Positions 58,911 through 64,000 of a DNA stretch of 64,000 nt are shown here, one piece after another (position 1 is the stretch's first letter; each line of letters starts with the position of its first letter). This stretch comes from Desulfatiglandales bacterium (GTDB lineage: Bacteria; Desulfobacterota; DSM-4660; Desulfatiglandales; Desulfatiglandaceae). The notes beneath the pieces are model-generated. The model worked only from the letters and a program-made list of their open reading frames with translations, did not search any database and was not told the origin of the DNA. The stretch lies in the NCBI GenBank assembly GCA_963662465.1, contig OY759599.1, positions 7,488,001-7,552,000 on the forward strand. The letters are read 5' to 3'. The position numbers and the translations under genes were made by a program.

Positions 58911-61900
58911 ATGCCCAAACGCACCGACATAAAAAAAATTCTCATCATCGGCTCCGGTCCCATCGTCATCGGCCAGGCTTGCGAATTCGATTATTCCGGT
59001 ACCCAGGCCTGCAAGGCCCTGGTGGAGGAAGGGTTTGAAATTGTACTCATCAACAGCAACCCGGCCACCATCATGACGGACCCGGAAACGGCCCATCGCA
59101 CATACATCGAACCCATTACCGCCGAGGTGGTTGCCAAGATTATCGAGCGGGAGCGGCCCCAGGCCATTCTGCCCACCCTTGGGGGCCAGACCGGTCTTAA
59201 TACGGCTGTGGAAGTGGCGGAGTCAGGCATCCTGGAAAGGTTGAACGTGGAGATGCTGGGAGCGTCTCTTCCGGTGATTCAAAAGGCGGAGGATCGGGAG
59301 CTGTTTCGCAACGCCATGGAAAAGATCGGCCTCAAAGTCCCTGAAAGCTTTATCGCCAGGAATATGGACGAGGCCAGACATGCGGCGGAACAGATCGGCT
59401 ACCCCGTTATCATCCGCGCCAGTTTCACCCTGGGGGGGATCGGCAGCGGTGTGGCCTACAACCGGGAGGAAATGGAAGACATCGCCAGGACTGGATTGGA
59501 TGCCAGCATGATCAGTGAAGTAATTATGGAAAAATCACTTCTCGGCTGGAAGGAATATGAGCTGGAAGTCATGCGGGATTTCAAGGACAATGTGGTGATT
59601 GTCTGCTCCATCGAAAATTTTGATCCCATGGGGGTTCATACGGGCGACAGCATCACCGTGGCCCCGGCCCAGACGCTGACCGATCGGGAGTACCAGGTGA
59701 TGCGTGACGCTTCCCTGGCCATTATTCGGGAGATCGGCGTGGAAACGGGCGGGAGCAACATTCAATTTGCCATCCATCCGAAAACCGGCGAGATGGTGGT
59801 GATCGAGATGAACCCGCGCGTGTCCCGAAGCTCGGCCCTGGCTTCCAAGGCCACGGGGTTTCCCATCGCCAAGATCGCCGCCAAGCTGGCCGTTGGATAT
59901 ACCCTGGATGAAATTCCCAATGATATTACCCGAGAGACCTATGCTGCCTTTGAACCCACCATTGACTACTTCGTGGTCAAGATTCCCCGGTGGACTTTTG
60001 AGAAATTCCCGGGCGCAAAAGATTCCTTGACCACCTCCATGAAGTCCGTGGGGGAAACCATGGCCATCGGTCGAACCTTTAAGGAATCCCTCCAAAAAGC
60101 CGTGCGGTCTCTTGAAATCGGGCGGTTCGGCATGGGAACCGACACCCCCGACTGCACCCTTTCTTCAATTGATGCCCATGAGTTGGAACGGGGCCTAATT
60201 CACCCCAACTCCCACCGGCTCTTTTATATCTATGAGGCTTTCAACCGGGGGATCAGCATTGAGAAAATTCATGAGTTCTCAAGCATCGATCCCTGGTTTC
60301 TGTATCATATTCAGCAGATCCATGCCTTTGAAAGCCGGTTGCGTGAAATGGCGCTTCAGGGTGAAAGGCCGGACCAATGGGATAAGGATTTCCTGAAACA
60401 GGTCAAGGAATACGGTTTTTCCGATATTCAGCTGGCTGCCATTTTCGATACCACGGAAGAGGCGGTTCGGCAGATCAGAAAATCAAAGGGCGTGGAACCG
60501 GTTTACAAATTGGTGGACACCTGCGCCGCCGAGTTTGAGGCCTTCACGCCTTACTATTATTCCACTTACGAACAGGAAAACGAGATTCGAACCAGCCATA
60601 AGCGTAAAGTGGTTATTTTGGGCGGCGGCCCCAACCGCATCGGTCAGGGCATCGAGTTTGATTATTGCTGCGTTCACGCCTCCATGGCCCTCAGAGAAAT
60701 GGGCATCGAGAGCATCATGGTCAACAGCAATCCTGAAACCGTGAGTACCGATTACGATACCTCCGACCGGCTCTATTTCGAGCCTTTGACACGGGAAGAC
60801 GTGCTGCACATTGTGGAGCAGGAGCAACCGGAAGGGATTATCGTGCAGTTCGGCGGGCAGACCCCCCTGAACCTTTCCGTGCCCCTTTCCGAGGCAGGGG
60901 TGAACATTCTCGGCACCAGCCCCGACAGCATCGATCGGGCGGAGGATCGGGAGCGTTTTCAGGTCCTGCTTAAGAAGCTTAAAATCCTTCAGCCGGAAAA
61001 CGGTATTGCCGTGAACAAACAAGAGGCCGTTCACGTGGCGGATCGGATCGGATACCCCGTGGTGGTAAGACCCTCCTTTGTGCTGGGGGGGCGGGCCATG
61101 GAAATTGTCTATGACCGGAAGGACCTGGAATACTATATGGAGACAGCGGTCCAGGTGTCCCCCGGTAAACCCATATTGATCGACCGGTTTCTGGATGGCG
61201 CCGTGGAAATCGATGTGGACGCCATTTCCGACGGCCATGACACCCTTATTGGCGGCATCATGGAGCATATCGAGGAAGCGGGCATTCACAGCGGCGACAG
61301 CGCCTGCGTGCTGCCCCCTGTTTCCCTGGAACCGGAAATCCTTCAAACCATCATGGACCATACCCGGGCGCTTGCCAAAGAGCTTTCGGTGGTGGGTCTC
61401 ATGAACATTCAATATGCGGTGAAAGACGGGGTCATTTACGTTATCGAGGTTAATCCGCGGGCGTCGCGGACGGTTCCTTTTGTGAGCAAGGCCACCAGCG
61501 TTCCCCTGGCCAAAATGGCCACCCGTGTGATCATGGGGGAAACCCTGAAAGAACTGGGGCTGACGGAGGAAGTCGTGCCGAAACATGTTTCGGTCAAGGA
61601 AGCGGTCTTTCCCTTCAGCCGGTTTCCGGGGGTGGATGCCATCCTGGGACCCGAGATGAAATCCACGGGAGAGGTCATGGGCATCGACCGCACCTTCGGC
61701 CTGGCCTTCGGTAAATCCCAATTGGCGGCCGGTCAGCGGATCCCCTTGAAAGGCACGGTGTTCATCAGCGTCAAGGATGAAGACAAAAGAAATGTCCTTC
61801 CCGTGGCCGGGGGGCTCTTTGACCTGGGTTTCAGGATACTGGCCACCAAAGGGACTTCCCGATTTTTTTTGGAGAATGGTGTTGTCAGTGAACCCGTCAA

Positions 61901-62150
61901 CAAGGTTCGGGAAGGACGGCCTCATATCGTGGACATGATCAAAAACGGAGAGGTTCATCTGGTGATCAACACCAGCAGCGATAAAAAGGCCAATGCCGAG
62001 TCCTATTCCATTCGTAGGGCATCTCTTACGCTCAATGTTCCCTATACCACGACGCTGGCCGGCGCCAAAGCAACCCTTTCGGCGATTCGCTCCATGACGG
62101 AAGAAGATATGACGGTACGAACCATACAGGAGTACCATGGGGATTGTTGA
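58911..62150 (+). CDS. carB: Carbamoyl-phosphate synthase large subunit
   Basis: [34 protein letters not shown], duplicated ATP-grasp, MGS domain. Confidence 0.98.
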   Translation: MPKRTDIKKILIIGSGPIVIGQACEFDYSGTQACKALVEEGFEIVLINSNPATIMTDPETAHRTYIEPITAEVVAKIIERERPQAILPTLGGQTGLNTAVEVAESGILERLNVEMLGASLPVIQKAEDRELFRNAMEKIGLKVPESFIARNMDEARHAAEQIGYPVIIRASFTLGGIGSGVAYNREEMEDIARTGLDASMISEVIMEKSLLGWKEYELEVMRDFKDNVVIVCSIENFDPMGVHTGDSITVAPAQTLTDREYQVMRDASLAIIREIGVETGGSNIQFAIHPKTGEMVVIEMNPRVSRSSALASKATGFPIAKIAAKLAVGYTLDEIPNDITRETYAAFEPTIDYFVVKIPRWTFEKFPGAKDSLTTSMKSVGETMAIGRTFKESLQKAVRSLEIGRFGMGTDTPDCTLSSIDAHELERGLIHPNSHRLFYIYEAFNRGISIEKIHEFSSIDPWFLYHIQQIHAFESRLREMALQGERPDQWDKDFLKQVKEYGFSDIQLAAIFDTTEEAVRQIRKSKGVEPVYKLVDTCAAEFEAFTPYYYSTYEQENEIRTSHKRKVVILGGGPNRIGQGIEFDYCCVHASMALREMGIESIMVNSNPETVSTDYDTSDRLYFEPLTREDVLHIVEQEQPEGIIVQFGGQTPLNLSVPLSEAGVNILGTSPDSIDRAEDRERFQVLLKKLKILQPENGIAVNKQEAVHVADRIGYPVVVRPSFVLGGRAMEIVYDRKDLEYYMETAVQVSPGKPILIDRFLDGAVEIDVDAISDGHDTLIGGIMEHIEEAGIHSGDSACVLPPVSLEPEILQTIMDHTRALAKELSVVGLMNIQYAVKDGVIYVIEVNPRASRTVPFVSKATSVPLAKMATRVIMGETLKELGLTEEVVPKHVSVKEAVFPFSRFPGVDAILGPEMKSTGEVMGIDRTFGLAFGKSQLAAGQRIPLKGTVFISVKDEDKRNVLPVAGGLFDLGFRILATKGTSRFFLENGVVSEPVNKVREGRPHIVDMIKNGEVHLVINTSSDKKANAESYSIRRASLTLNVPYTTTLAGAKATLSAIRSMTEEDMTVRTIQEYHGDC

Positions 62151-62176
62151 TTGTTGATTGATGATTGTTGATTGAT
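62142..62176. repeat. Heptamer tandem repeat GATTG(T/A)T x5 overlapping the carB stop
   Basis: Read directly from sequence. Confidence 0.9.
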
Positions 62177-62205
62177 CGGTGAGACAAAGGAAGATGGGAT
62201 GATCT

Positions 62206-63612
62206 ATGAACGATGCAGGATTTGAATCCAGACGACCCAAAGATGAATGCGGCATTTTTGCCGTGTACGGCCATGAAGATGCGGCCAAACTAACTTATTT
62301 CGGGCTCTATGCTTTGCAGCACCGAGGTCAGGAGAGCGCGGGCATTGTGGTTTCCGATGGAAAACAGGTGATGGAACACAAGGCCATGGGTCTGGTTCCC
62401 GAGATTTTTAACGAGCAGATCTTAAATGGTCTCAAGGGAAATATGGCCCTGGGGCATGTGCGCTATTCCACTACGGGGTCTTCCCTGTTGTGCAATGCAC
62501 AGCCCTTTCGCGTTCGCCATTCGGGCCATTCCATGTCCATTGCCCATAACGGCAATATCGTCAATGCGCATCAAATCCGGTCGGATCTGGAGGGTAACGG
62601 GTCCATTTTTCAGACCACCATGGACAGTGAAGTGGTTTTGCACCTGATGGCCCGGCGGTTGAATCTGGGACTGGAACAGGCCATGATTGATGCCATGAGC
62701 CGGCTTCGGGGCGCTTACTCCATAGTGGTCATGACTGAGGATACCCTCATTGCCGCAAAGGACCCCAATGGTTTCAGGCCCCTGTGCCTTGGGAAACTCA
62801 ATGGGGGTTATGTGCTGGCCTCCGAAACCTGCGCCTTTGATCTGGTGGAAGCGGAGTTTATCCGGGTCATCGAACCCGGCGAGATCGTGATTATCAATAA
62901 AGACGGCGTCAAGAGTATCCCCTCGGGCATTTTATCCCGTCGAAGCCAGTGCATCTTTGAACTTATCTATTTTGCCAGGCCCGACAGCAATGTTTTCGGT
63001 GAAAACGTCTACCTTTTTCGCAAGCGGCAGGGAGAACTTCTGGCCAGGGAATATCCCCTGGATGTGGATTTTGTGATGCCCTTTCCCGATTCCGGGAATT
63101 ACGCGGCCATTGGTTATGCTCAGGCATCCGGAATTCCCCTTGAGATGGGCATGATTCGAAACCACTACATCGGTCGAACCTTTATTCAGCCGTCCCAGAG
63201 CATGCGGGATTTCGGGGTGAAAGTGAAGCTTAATCCGGTGAAGGAATTGCTGAAGGGCAAACGGGTGCTGATCATGGAAGATTCCATTATTCGTGGCACT
63301 ACCGCAAAGACCCGGGTGAAAACCCTGCGCGAGATCGGCGCCAAAGAGGTTCACATGGTGGTGAGTTGTCCCCCCCATGCCTTTCCCTGCCATTACGGCA
63401 TCGATTTCTCCACCCGGGGGGAACTGATTGCGGCCCAGAAAACAGTAGAGGAGATTAGGGCTTTTGTGGGGCTGGACAGCTTGGGCTATCTATCCATCGA
63501 TAACTTGAAAAAAGCCACCGCCATTCCCGCTAAGGATCTCTGTTTTGCCTGCTTTAACGGGGAATACCCCGTCCCCATCGAGAAGGAAACCTCTAAATTC
63601 TGTCTTGAATAA
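62206..63612 (+). CDS. purF: Amidophosphoribosyltransferase
   Basis: ECGIF, LQHRGQE, GHVRYST, YFARPD, EDSIIRGTT, YGID, CFACF. Confidence 0.97.
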   Translation: MNDAGFESRRPKDECGIFAVYGHEDAAKLTYFGLYALQHRGQESAGIVVSDGKQVMEHKAMGLVPEIFNEQILNGLKGNMALGHVRYSTTGSSLLCNAQPFRVRHSGHSMSIAHNGNIVNAHQIRSDLEGNGSIFQTTMDSEVVLHLMARRLNLGLEQAMIDAMSRLRGAYSIVVMTEDTLIAAKDPNGFRPLCLGKLNGGYVLASETCAFDLVEAEFIRVIEPGEIVIINKDGVKSIPSGILSRRSQCIFELIYFARPDSNVFGENVYLFRKRQGELLAREYPLDVDFVMPFPDSGNYAAIGYAQASGIPLEMGMIRNHYIGRTFIQPSQSMRDFGVKVKLNPVKELLKGKRVLIMEDSIIRGTTAKTRVKTLREIGAKEVHMVVSCPPHAFPCHYGIDFSTRGELIAAQKTVEEIRAFVGLDSLGYLSIDNLKKATAIPAKDLCFACFNGEYPVPIEKETSKFCLE

Positions 63613-63645
63613 GAGGATCTCCGGAGCAGCGGAGACCCTCTTTTT
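63611..63645 (+). terminator. Terminator after purF
   Basis: AAGAGG-A-TCTCCG...CGGAGA-C-CCTCTT followed by a T-run. Confidence 0.7.
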
Positions 63646-63646
63646 A

Positions 63647-64000
63647 TCAATCAGTGGGAAGTTCGTCCACCAAATGGTTGTGAAGCGACAGTCCCGCATC
63701 CACTTTTAATACCGTCCCGGTTGTAAAATGGGAAAAGAAATCCAATGCCGGATCCAGGGCCAGTTCCTTGACCACCATGCCGATGGCGCCTTTGGTGGCG
63801 CTGTAAGCCGGGTATTTTCTCACGGTCCACTGATGCACCGAACTCATGAAGATGATGGAACCGGAGATCTTTTTGTTGACCATCAGGTCCTCCACCCGCT
63901 TCGTGAGATACATGGGGCCGAAGAGATTGGTTTGAAATATCCGGTGCCACTCGGCCGGATTCAACCCATTCAGGGCCACCGTCGTGGATGGCATCCCCAC
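63647..64000 (-). pseudogene. SDR oxidoreductase 3' part (runs off the window), apparently with an internal deletion
   Basis: TNLFG, GSIIFMSS, YSATK, TGTVLKVDAG; the usual IRVN..PG segment after ELA is missing. Confidence 0.65.

Noticed and set aside
60483..62288. Long antisense ORFs (601 aa here; also 42648-43865, 43946-45250, 37515-38645, 57752-58810)
   Set aside because: They are shadows of well-conserved plus-strand genes in GC-rich sequence and show no recognisable motifs

Overview
Bacterial chromosome window whose gene content (MvhD/MetVF, TRAP transporter, sigma54 promoters, cobalamin genes) suggests an anaerobic deltaproteobacterium (Desulfobacterota-like); this assignment is an inference. 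Left: a housekeeping block (dksA 3' end, DHH-CBS tRNA nucleotidyltransferase, trpS, scpAB, rluB, tRNA-Val). An accessory stretch follows (6.3-17.3 kb) with IS remnants, an unusual four-gene operon (MinD-like ATPase, ECF-S/HAMP membrane protein, 862-aa protein with a divergent SAH-hydrolase-like domain, cupin lipoprotein), Uma2, an ABC-type ATPase plus partner, and an integron attC site. Then come a TRAP transporter and cobS/cbiB. A large nitrogen/glutamine supercluster occupies 23.6-63.6 kb: glnD, glmS, glnA-mvhD-metV-metF-split glutamate synthase-glnB-glnD2, canonical gltBD, carAB and purF. It is interrupted by (i) a tandem Rpn array with duplicated caspase-DUF1566 genes and a MITE and (ii) a decayed toxin-antitoxin cluster. 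Heptamer tandem repeats, often inverted, mark several intergenic sites. The best candidates for undescribed systems are the MinD/ECF-HAMP/SAHH-like operon and the MetVF/MvhD-linked split glutamate synthase.
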